From Arenicellales bacterium (GTDB lineage Bacteria > Pseudomonadota > Gammaproteobacteria > Arenicellales > JAJDZL01): a stretch of 64,000 bases of DNA. The translations under genes and the position numbers were made by a program. Shown here piece after piece: positions 19,818-27,963 of this stretch (position 1 is its first letter; every line of letters begins with the position of its first letter). The notes beneath the pieces are model-generated. The model had not been told where the DNA came from. It did no database searches and saw nothing but the letters and a program-made list of their open reading frames with translations. The stretch spans positions 2,106,828 through 2,170,827 of the forward strand of contig OZ243928.1 of NCBI GenBank assembly GCA_965213865.1, in the 5' to 3' direction.

Positions 19818-20475
19818 CTACCGGCATCCCCACCGGTTCAGTAAATCGGTGTTGTCCTGAGTTGAGCTGAACAGGGGCAGGGTGGTCTTGCGCCCGCACC
19901 AGCAGTTGCGGACATGCTGCTGGGTCAGGGGGCTGATCGAGAAGCACCCGCTGTTCTGGCCTTCAGTACCGGGCGCCACATTCATGGTGTAGGTGCCGCC
20001 CGTCATGAAGCAGCGGCGGGCAAACACAATGTCTTCATGACCTGATGAAGTCACATTAACTTCCAAATAATAAGACGTCTTCACAACCAAGTTACTTATG
20101 ACGTCGTTTTCGCTTGGGAGCATTGTCTCGCTAAGGAGTGGATTGGGTACTTCCGCCACTTTCTTATCTGTGCCGGCTTCCTTAACAATGTAAACTACTT
20201 GTGCTGAGGTTGGTGGTGTCGTATCGCCAAGCCGCCCGACGTATTCGTTCCATGTGATAGCCGGTGCCGTGTAGCTCACGCTGGTTGTGGATAGGGCCGT
20301 GATGGGCATATTCCCAGCATTGACCTCTTTCTTATCAAGGCAAGCCGTGGGGCCTTCTCGCCCGCTGCTGGTTACGGTCGTCTGCGCTGTTACGGCCGCT
20401 GGCAGCGCCAGCAACGCAAGCAGAAAGAAGGCTGCTAATTTATGAGGGGGGGGGTGAAAGTAAAATGCGTTTCAT
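19818..20475 (-). pseudogene. phase-variable-leader secreted protein, family member A (currently out of frame at a C9 tract)
   Basis: GGAGGA lies 6 nt upstream of the ATG at 20475. The reading frame MKRILLS + C9 (20446-20454 on the + strand as G9) runs into TAA. With C8 it continues PHKLAAFFLLALLALPAAVTA/QTT into the 198-aa ORF of the track. Confidence 0.55.
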
Positions 20476-20608
20476 GAGGAGTCCTCCAGTTGTTTTGATT
20501 CTCTTATTCTATAGTGTTTTCCGCCGAAAGACAAGTGCTGAATTTCATGGCGAGACACTGCTATTATAACCAATCCTAATCAAAATAATTAAGTGTCCCC
20601 CCCCCAAA

Positions 20609-21490
20609 AAATCGGCACGTTCAATGCTGAGGGCGAAGATGGCCCGCTGAATTCGTCGGTTCGACTTGCCCGGCCGCGTTCTCAGCGCCGCATTTTCCGT
20701 AAAACCGGCGGCTGTGGCGCGACTGCGTAGCTGGGCGGCCGCCGACCGGCAAATCAGCGCGCTGCTTGAGGCGGTGCGCAATCTGCTGCGCCGCTGCCGG
20801 CAAGGAGTGCTGATGCCTTGGACCTGCTGGTGTCTTTTCGGACTGCCCAGCGTGACCGGCATGCGTCTCGGCGAGGTGCGCACTCTGGGAATCGAAGACG
20901 CTGATCTCACCGAAGCGATATTGACCGTGCGTCATGCCAGGACATGGCCGCAGCCGTCTGCCGCCAGTGCACTTGCGAGTGGCTCAGGCAGCATGCGAAT
21001 CAGCACGAGCAACGCTGGAGAGGACGTGTGAAGTCGAATTGGTTCTTTGTCTCAGGCAGAGGATCAAGACTGGACCGGCGCACTGTCGATACCGCCTTTC
21101 GCAAACTCGCTTGCCAGCCGAGGTTGTGTCAGGCGGCGGACAGAACAGGCCCGCGAGTCCATGATCTCAGGCACACCTTCTGTGTCTGGACTTTGGAGCG
21201 ATGGCACCGCGGCGGCGAGGATCCGGAACTGCTGCTGCCGCAGCTGACACCCGGCTTGATGGCGCAAGCGATGGAGCGGTTTTTCATGCAGCCGCTGCAG
21301 GCCAGTATGCATGCCGCTTGCTCGTATCGCGACATGTTCCGACAGTTGCTGGAGCTCGCTGCCAGGCGATTTGACCGGTCCCCGGAGCGTATCGCATTCG
21401 AGCAGGTCGATGCCGCGCTGGCCAGTGACTTTCTCGCTCATCTCAAGCGCAGCCGCAACATCAGTCCCCGAACCCGCAATCTGCGGCGTG
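20609..21490 (+). pseudogene. two fused, frameshifted tyrosine-recombinase remnants (RIT-like adjacent integrases)
   Basis: VTGMRLGEVRTLGIEDADLTEAILTVRH, then GKSRL-like, then FFVSGRGSRLDRRTV..RVHDLRHTFCVWTLERW occur in three different frames. This is fused to the N-terminus of a second recombinase (SYRDMFRQLLELAA..FLAHLKRSRNISPRTRNLR). There is a premature TGA at codon 9. Confidence 0.7.
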
Positions 21491-21492
21491 TA

Positions 21493-21845
21493 CTAGGTCA
21501 GCACGCGAAGTGCTGCCGCGGGGTCCCTGTCAAGCACCCGCAACAAGGCACGCGCCGCGGCCGTCGGGCAACGCTTTCCCTGCTCTCAGTTGCGGATGGT
21601 ATCGGGGGAAACATGGATGCGGCGTGCAAATTCGCTCTGCGTAAGCCCGAGCCCCTGCCGGACTCGGCGCGCATAACGCGACGCATCCTTCATGTCTTCG
21701 TCAGCGGCATCCGCCACCGCGAAGTCGACCCCCTAGGGAAGGTTCCAGGGTCCTTGGGATCAACCTCACGCGAGATTATGCCAGCATCGCAGCGTCGGAA
21801 GGTACCAGGGTCCTTGGGATCAACCCTGACGCGCGTTTTGGTCAT
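21493..21845 (-). pseudogene. BrnA-like antitoxin remnant
   Basis: Starts MTKTRVRVDPKDPGTF and ends with an HTH tail GLGLTQSEFARRIHVSPDTIRN*EQGKRCPTAAARALLRVL, where TGA replaces the conserved Trp codon. It also carries a frameshift and a 29-bp direct repeat (near 21737 and near 21797). Confidence 0.6.
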
Positions 21846-22101
21846 GTCTTTTAACCTCCCTAAGGTCAGCCTTGCGGGCAGAAATAATGCGGAACAAATG
21901 TCCTTCCATGGTATAGACAACAACATAGCCCCGTTCTTCGATCATGCCGAGTACCTGATAGCGATTCTCGCCATAGTCCCGGCGGCGATCCCGAAAACTG
22001 ATCTTGTGCCGGTCGGAAAAGACACGAGTCGCATAGTTGAAATCAAAACCGCGATTTTCAAAACAAGCCTCACTTTTCTTCTCGTTCCGTTCGAATTCCG
22101 T
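21820..22101 (-). pseudogene. BrnT (DUF497) toxin remnant lacking a start codon
   Basis: EFERNEKKSEACFENRGFDFNYATRVFSD..GENRYQVLGMIEERGYVVVYTMEGHLFRIISARKADLREVKRH matches the BrnT pattern (RIISARKA). The frame is closed by a stop immediately upstream, at the junction with the tandem array. Confidence 0.65.
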
Positions 22102-22236
22102 TCAAAATATTGCAAGCCTTTGGCCTATATTTGTCCATCTATCTGTCTGCTGGGAGAATCTGATCCGCTGCCTGCTCCCGGCAAGATCTGCACAGTCGGC
22201 TTGAAAACCCGCCTGATGATCTTATAGAATGGGGGC

Positions 22237-22503
22237 ATGGAAGAATCCACGAGTCACGAACAGGCAAAAGACATTGCCGAGTTGAAGAAACAGCACGCTG
22301 TGATGGAGGAACGAATGAAGACACTGCAGGCCGACCTTCAGGGAACGCTTGAGCGTTTCCGGGCCGACATGGCCGACTTGAAAACCGACATGGCCAGGCG
22401 GGATACCGAAGCCGGAAAGCGGGAGAACCGACTGCTCATAACCATGATCGTGGTAGTCGGCGTGGCCACTGCGACACTGGGTGTGCTAATCACTGCGCAG
22501 TAG
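22237..22503 (+). CDS. small tail-anchored coiled-coil protein, array copy 1 (88 aa, no extra heptad)
   Basis: Has an acidic helical N-terminus (MEESTSHEQAKDIAELKKQHAVMEERMKTLQADLQGTLERFRADMADLKTDMARRDTEAGKRENR) and a C-terminal hydrophobic helix (LLITMIVVVGVATATLGVLITAQ). Confidence 0.6.
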   Translation: MEESTSHEQAKDIAELKKQHAVMEERMKTLQADLQGTLERFRADMADLKTDMARRDTEAGKRENRLLITMIVVVGVATATLGVLITAQ

Positions 22504-22807
22504 CCGCAAACTACTGCTGCCGCCGGCAGGCGGCGCCAACCGTCCTGCTCCTGGTCATCCGCAAATGATTAAGTCAGAAAAGACGCCTGGAGCAGGCGGC
22601 TTTCGGGGGTGGAGTGAAAAAACCGCTTTCAGCGGCCTGGGCCTCCGAAAAGCGGCTTTCAGGGGGGTATTCCGGCGGCGCTGCGGGGCAAAAAAAATTT
22701 CACCCCCTCGCAGGTCCAGTCATACCAAGGATTTCAGGCAATGGAAAAGCCTCCTGCTGGGAGAATCTGATCCGCTGCCTGCTCCCGGCAAGATCTGCAC
22801 AGTCGGC

Positions 22808-22837
22808 TTGAAAACCCGCCTGATGATCTTATAGAAT
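22808..22837 (+). promoter_or_regulatory. sigma70-like promoter in each array unit (also at 22201-22230, 23457-23486 and 24085-24114)
   Basis: TTGAAA - 18 nt - TAGAAT, with the -10 element ending 6 nt before the ATG of the small ORF. This implies a leaderless or near-leaderless mRNA. Confidence 0.5.
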
Positions 22838-22843
22838 GGGGGC

Positions 22844-23152
22844 ATGGAAGAATCCACGAGTCACGAACAGGCAAAAGACATTGCCGAGTTGAAGAAACAG
22901 CACGCTGTGATGGAGGAACGAATGAAGACACTGCAGGCCGACCTTCAGGGAACGCTTGAGCGTTTCCGGGCCGACATGGCCAGGCGGGATGCCGACATGG
23001 CCAGGCGGGATACCGACATGGCCGACTTGAAAACCGACATGGCCAGGCGGGATACCGAAGCCGGAAAGCGGGAGAACCGACTGCTCATAACCATGATCGT
23101 GGTAGTCGGCGTGGCCACTGCGACACTGGGTGTGCTAATCACTGCGCAGTAG
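22844..23152 (+). CDS. small tail-anchored coiled-coil protein, array copy 2 (102 aa, two extra ADMARRD heptads)
   Basis: Identical to copy 1 except for an in-frame 42-bp expansion. Confidence 0.6.
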   Translation: MEESTSHEQAKDIAELKKQHAVMEERMKTLQADLQGTLERFRADMARRDADMARRDTDMADLKTDMARRDTEAGKRENRLLITMIVVVGVATATLGVLITAQ

Positions 23153-23492
23153 CCGCAAACTACTGCTGCCGCCGGCAGGCGGCGCCAACCGTCCTGCTCC
23201 TGGTCATCCGCAAATGATTAAGTCAGAAAAGACGCCTGGAGCAGGCGGCTTTCGGGGGTGGAGTGAAAAAACCGCTTTCAGCGGCCTGGGCCTCCGAAAA
23301 GCGGCTTTCAGGGGGGTATTCCGGCGGCGCTGCGGGGCAAAAAAAATTTCACCCCCTCGCAGGTCCAGTCATACCAAGGATTTCAGGCAATGGAAAAGCC
23401 TCCTGCTGGGAGAATCTGATCCGCTGCCTGCTCCCGGCAAGATCTGCACAGTCGGCTTGAAAACCCGCCTGATGATCTTATAGAATGGGGGC

Positions 23493-23780
23493 ATGGAAGA
23501 ATCCACGAGTCACGAACAGGCAAAAGACATTGCCGAGTTGAAGAAACAGCACGCTGTGATGGAGGAACGAATGAAGACACTGCAGGCCGACCTTCAGGGA
23601 ACGCTTGAGCGTTTCCGGGCCGACATGGCCAGGCGGGATGCCGACATGGCCGACTTGAAAACCGACATGGCCAGGCGGGATACCGAAGCCGGAAAGCGGG
23701 AGAACCGACTGCTCATAACCATGATCGTGGTAGTCGGCGTGGCCACTGCGACACTGGGTGTGCTAATCACTGCGCAGTAG
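23493..23780 (+). CDS. small tail-anchored coiled-coil protein, array copy 3 (95 aa, one extra heptad)
   Basis: Identical to copy 1 except for an in-frame 21-bp expansion. Confidence 0.6.
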   Translation: MEESTSHEQAKDIAELKKQHAVMEERMKTLQADLQGTLERFRADMARRDADMADLKTDMARRDTEAGKRENRLLITMIVVVGVATATLGVLITAQ

Positions 23781-24120
23781 CCGCAAACTACTGCTGCCGC
23801 CGGCAGGCGGCGCCAACCGTCCTGCTCCTGGTCATCCGCAAATGATTAAGTCAGAAAAGACGCCTGGAGCAGGCGGCTTTCGGGGGTGGAGTGAAAAAAC
23901 CGCTTTCAGCGGCCTGGGCCTCCGAAAAGCGGCTTTCAGGGGGGTATTCCGGCGGCGCTGCGGGGCAAAAAAAATTTCACCCCCTCGCAGGTCCAGTCAT
24001 ACCAAGGATTTCAGGCAATGGAAAAGCCTCCTGCTGGGAGAATCTGATCCGCTGCCTGCTCCCGGCAAGATCTGCACAGTCGGCTTGAAAACCCGCCTGA
24101 TGATCTTATAGAATGGGGGC

Positions 24121-24408
24121 ATGGAAGAATCCACGAGTCACGAACAGGCAAAAGACATTGCCGAGTTGAAGAAACAGCACGCTGTGATGGAGGAACGAAT
24201 GAAGACACTGCAGGCCGACCTTCAGGGAACGCTTGAGCGTTTCCGGGCCGACATGGCCAGGCGGGATGCCGACATGGCCGACTTGAAAACCGACATGGCC
24301 AGGCGGGATACCGAAGCCGGAAAGCGGGAGAACCGACTGCTCATAACCATGATCGTGGTAGTCAGCGTGGCCACTGCGACACTGGGTGTGCTAATCACTG
24401 CGCAGTAG
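24121..24408 (+). CDS. small tail-anchored coiled-coil protein, array copy 4 (95 aa, one extra heptad, G->S in the TM segment)
   Basis: Same as copy 3 except for ggc->agc at 24363. A 3-nt microsatellite gain follows the stop. Confidence 0.6.
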   Translation: MEESTSHEQAKDIAELKKQHAVMEERMKTLQADLQGTLERFRADMARRDADMADLKTDMARRDTEAGKRENRLLITMIVVVSVATATLGVLITAQ

Positions 24409-24716
24409 CCGCAAACTACTACTACTGCCGCCGGCAGGCGGCGCCAACCGTCCTGCTCCTGGTCATCCGCTCACCAGTTCTATTTGAGGATTAACCCCAT
24501 CCATAAATAGAGAACACAAGAGTACCCGGGGCTTGCGTGGCGTGATTTTCGAGAGGCCTGCAGAATCACCCATTGGGTGATTTCAGGTCGAAGGCTGAAA
24601 TCCGCATCACATATGCCTTTCCGCCTAATGCCGAGAAATCTGTTCAAGGAGTCGGGAATTCTCCTGCTATTGCGCAGAGATGAAAATGCTGTACAATTTC
24701 TGTATCTCGTTCACCC

Positions 24717-25107
24717 TTGGAGAACCGGAATGAAGCTCTGAACGAAATTTACTCCCCCCCCCTCGCTAGACTGACGGCCTTTCTGGGTGCTGTTCTCGCC
24801 CTGCCTGCCGGGCCGGTGATGGCCGAGCAGTGCGGTATATCTCATATCACGATGAGCAAAACCTACCCGAATGAGGACTTTATAGTAGAAGGTGTTCCTA
24901 GTGGAGCAATAGTCTCTTTCTCACTGGAAGAGTCAGGCTGCGACAATCTCGGTAGTCCTGGTACTCCTCGGGAATACGCAATTCCCTTTTGCGACTGCCT
25001 TAATAGTTCCGTACGACAACGACTTCGTGGACGACATGGAGAATTCCATTCATGTCATCTTTAGACATGGTACGAAATACCAGCACTTAAGGATCCCCAT
25101 CCATGAT
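24717..25107 (+). pseudogene. phase-variable-leader secreted protein, family member B (degraded paralog of member D)
   Basis: The C9 tract (24764-24772) is followed by LARLTAFLGAVLALPAGPVMA/EQCGISHITMSK..CDNLGSPGTPREYAIPFC. The mid-section present in D is deleted, and the conserved C-terminus VPYDNDFVDDMENSIHVIF..LRIPIHDDE* lies in another frame. The ATG at 24730 runs into TGA after 3 codons. Confidence 0.5.
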
Positions 25108-25286
25108 GATGAGTGACCGAACATAAGGGGATTCGAGAGACGCGAAACGAAGATATGCATCATTCCCCATTGCCTCTTGCCTCATCTGACCGCAGGGATG
25201 ATCAGATGAGGATTGCAGGCCGCCCTTGAACCGAGTGTCTAACGGCGCAGTTCCTGGTCGCTGGCATGCGATGACCTGTTCCAGAG

Positions 25287-25883
25287 GACAACAATACAGA
25301 TCTGACCTTTACGGTGGAGCGGGCGGATTTCAAGGTGAGTATTGACTTGCTTGAGAAAGTGCGGGTCAGTCTGGGTGCGGCAGACATTGTGGCGGCGGAC
25401 GATATTGCCAAAATTTCTGTGGTCGGCGTGGGCATGCGCTCGCACTCGGGGATTGCCACCAAAATGTTCCGAACGCTGGCCGGCGAAGGCATCAATATCC
25501 AAATGATCTCAACGTCAGAAATCAAGATTTCTGTGATTGTCGAGGAGAAATACGTTGAATTGGGCGTGCGGGCGCTGCATCAAGCATTCGGCTTGGAGCG
25601 GACCGCTTAGCTCTGGGCATGAAATCTGCATGTTTTGGAGTTGTTTCTGCGGCTTTTCCATTGGCCTGAGATCCTTGTTGTGACTGAATCTGCGGGGGGG
25701 GGGGTGAATTTTTTCCTTGTCCCGCCAGCGCCGCTCGCTGGAATACTCTCCTGAAAGGGGCTTTTCACCCCGATTCCGAAAGTCGCCTGATCCAGGCGGC
25801 TTTTTTCTTTAGTGGTTTTTTATCATAAATCACCCCCCTGCCGGTGCATTATCACGGCCATTGCCAAAACCCGGCACACAAAA
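25287..25883 (+). repeat. right copy of the 597-bp direct repeat; it contains a displaced lysC 3' fragment (25287-25610)
   Basis: Encodes DNNTDLTFTVERADFKV...GLERTA*, identical in amino-acid sequence to the lysC C-terminus but with no 5' part. It is followed by the same 3'UTR and terminator. Confidence 0.95.
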
Positions 25884-26070
25884 AAATGCTCTAACGAAAC
25901 TGCCTCACTTTTTGGCTTTAATGACATTTGATTTGTTTTTTCGTGGTAAAATTAAAAAAAAAGCATCTTTTAGTTAAAGAAAAAATTTAGCACCCCGTCG
26001 CTTTGTACTGATTAGTTTCAGTCTGTCTGCCGGGCTAAGCTAGTGAATAAATTGAAAGGGGATTGTAAGC

Positions 26071-26253
26071 GTGTTGATATTGACCCGAAAGATTGGCGAA
26101 TCTATAAGGATTGAAGATAATATCTCGGTTTCAGTGCTGGATATAAAGGGGAATCAAGTGCGAATCGGTGTAGAGGCGCCCAAGCAGATAGCTGTTCATC
26201 GAGAAGAGATTTATCAGAGTTTGAAAAGCAAAAAAACCAAGGATAATTTTTAA
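26071..26253 (+). CDS. csrA: carbon storage regulator CsrA/RsmA
   Basis: Reads (V)[50 protein letters not shown] start preceded by AAGGGGA. Confidence 0.9.
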   Translation: MLILTRKIGESIRIEDNISVSVLDIKGNQVRIGVEAPKQIAVHREEIYQSLKSKKTKDNF

Positions 26254-26892
26254 TTTTTGCTCAGAGCCTGCGTCTGCAGCGAGAAGTTTGTGAAAAACTT
26301 TCTGCTCTGCAGCTCGCCAGCTCGCTCGGATATTGTCAGGCAGACTTGTCCTTTATTTCTGATCCTTGGAGACGAGCGAATAAGGAGTGATTCACTCAAG
26401 CCAGTAATAGTTTCTTCTTGGGCGGCTGGTTCAAATTACGCAAGACTGTTTGCAATGCAGTTTGTAGTCCGGTCGCAGGATTAGTGTGTGGCCGTTTCTC
26501 GCTGGTTGTAGAATTGGCATAGGCTAGTTTTTAACTGCTTAAGCTGATTTCACAGCGTCAAGACGAAACAATCGTTTTGATCAAGTGGCAGTTCCTCGTC
26601 AAGTTGCCGCTCCAATCAGCACCGATAGGCCGATAGTTGTCTGCTTTTCTAACTTTTTGGCAAAAGTGTATTGTCTATAATTCTCAAAAGTATTGAACTG
26701 AATCGTAAAGAAAGATGCCCGAATGAGCAGTGATGCATCTCATCAAATTGCATACGCAGCAATTTGGAAAGAAACGCAGAGATATGAAAGCCATATGCTC
26801 GTTATCTGATGATGCCGCGGTTGGAAAGAGGCGTCTTGCTTGAATCATTACCTTCTCAATCACTTGAAATTGAGTTGAAGAGTTTTTCCTTT

Positions 26893-26981
26893 GGAGAGGT
26901 GGCCGAGTGGTTGAAGGCGTTCCCCTGCTAAGGGAATATGGGCAACCCCCATCGAGGGTTCGAATCCCTCCCTCTCCGCCA
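26893..26981 (+). tRNA. tRNA-Ser (anticodon GCT)
   Basis: GGAGAGGTGGCCGAGTGGTTGAAGGC ... CTGCTAA anticodon loop ... long variable arm ... GGTTCGAATCCCTCCCTCTCCGCCA. Confidence 0.9.
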
Positions 26982-27035
26982 ATGCCAGAAATCTGAAACT
27001 GCTCACTGACTGAACGACAACAGACTCAATAATTC

Positions 27036-27112
27036 GCGCCTGTAGCTCAGCTGGATAGAGTACTAGACTACGAATCTAGGGGTCGGGGGTTCGAATCCCT
27101 CCAGGCGCGCCA
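27036..27112 (+). tRNA. tRNA-Arg (anticodon ACG)
   Basis: GCGCCTGTAGCTCAGCTGGATAGAGT ... ACTACGAAT anticodon loop ... GGTTCGAATCCCTCCAGGCGCGCCA. Confidence 0.9.
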
Positions 27113-27150
27113 ATGAGTCAGTCAAATGATGATAGAACCGGATGTGACGC

Positions 27151-27963
27151 ATGTGCGGCCGTTTCAATATTCTGACTGGTGCCAGCGTACTGCGAAAAAC
27201 GTTTGGCATCATTGAGGACAATTGCTCGCTGTCAGATTACGAGCCGAGTTTCAATGTCAGCCCATCACCGAAGAATACACCGATCAATTCTCAGTCTATG
27301 CCAGATCTGACGCGGATTCCGATCGTCCGCATCAGCAGTGAGAGTGACAGAATGCTGCAGCTTGCGATTTGGCCGCTGATCCCGACTTGGGCGAGCAATT
27401 GTGTGCCGAATTACTCAACCGCCAATGCGAGAGCGGAGACAGCGGCGGCAAAACCGAGTTTTCGCAATGTTTGGAGGCGGTCGCAGCGCTGCCTGATACC
27501 AGCTGATGGTTTTTATGAGTGGCAGAACGTTGAGTTCCAAAAAAACAAGCAGCCCTGGCACATCCGGCACAAGAAATACAGCATCATGAGCTTCGCTGGA
27601 ATTTGGGAAGCGGGTCAGACAGATCAAGGTGAGTCTTTCATTTCATGCGCAGTCATGACCGCACCCGCCAATGCTCTTATGCGGCGCATTCATAACTCAA
27701 ACCATCGTATGCCGGTCATTATCGATCCGGAAAATTACGATCAATGGCTGTGCGGGAATCAAGCAGCCGCTGCCGCTCTGGCCGTAACCTACGAAGACGG
27801 ACGTTTGGCTGCGATACCTGTATCAGAAAAGATCAATAACCCGAAATACGCCGGCAGTGATTGCATTGATCCGCTGGAAAGCGCACTTCTTGCCGACTGG
27901 CAGGAAGCCGCAGTGACGCAAGAAAATTATCTGAATCTGTCTGTCCGGCTGCTTGATTCGTGA
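27151..27963 (+). CDS. SOS response-associated peptidase (SRAP/YedK family, abasic-site DNA-protein crosslink enzyme)
   Basis: Has the N-terminal MCGRF (catalytic Cys2), FNVSPS, ADGFYEW and HRMPVII. Confidence 0.85.
   Translation: MCGRFNILTGASVLRKTFGIIEDNCSLSDYEPSFNVSPSPKNTPINSQSMPDLTRIPIVRISSESDRMLQLAIWPLIPTWASNCVPNYSTANARAETAAAKPSFRNVWRRSQRCLIPADGFYEWQNVEFQKNKQPWHIRHKKYSIMSFAGIWEAGQTDQGESFISCAVMTAPANALMRRIHNSNHRMPVIIDPENYDQWLCGNQAAAAALAVTYEDGRLAAIPVSEKINNPKYAGSDCIDPLESALLADWQEAAVTQENYLNLSVRLLDS

Larger units (their letters stand above)
22147..24470 (+). repeat. tandem array, 3.7 units of 607/649/628 bp, with a nested 21-bp repeat
   Basis: Units start at 22147, 22754, 23403 and 24031 (ctgctgggagaatctgatcc...). 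The length differences equal 0, 2 and 1 extra copies of gccgacatggccaggcgggat. Confidence 0.95.

Noticed and set aside
20944-22227. A 427-aa + strand ORF spanning the recombinase remnants, the BrnTA region and the start of the array.
   Set aside because: It is a chimeric read-through. Only its first ~180 aa show recombinase motifs. The rest is the antisense of BrnA/BrnT and array sequence, so it is not a gene.
22420-22445. A 19/21-nt match between the end of the small array ORF (gagaaccgactgctcataacc) and the inverted-repeat arms (gaaaaccgactgctcatcacc at about 43510 and 45970).
   Set aside because: The similarity does not extend beyond the 21-mer. By a rough estimate, a few matches of this quality are expected by chance in a two-strand self-comparison of 64 kb.
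22565-22834. An 89-aa ORF (MIKSEKTPGAGGFRGW...) repeated three times in the array, with a nested 65-aa ORF and an antisense 65-aa ORF.
   Set aside because: It covers the 3'UTR-like element and runs into the promoter of the next small ORF. It is low-complexity, Gly/Arg-rich sequence. The homologous lysC-3'UTR copy differs by indels that do not preserve this frame.
22147-24470. The possibility that the regular repeats form a CRISPR array.
   Set aside because: The units are 607-649 bp and almost entirely identical, with no short repeat/unique spacer alternation. No cas genes are present in the window.
26257-26484. A 75-aa ORF downstream of csrA.
   Set aside because: It has no RBS and odd composition, and it begins inside an imperfect hairpin (about 26270-26300) that immediately follows csrA. 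It is more likely 3'UTR or intergenic sequence upstream of the tRNA genes.
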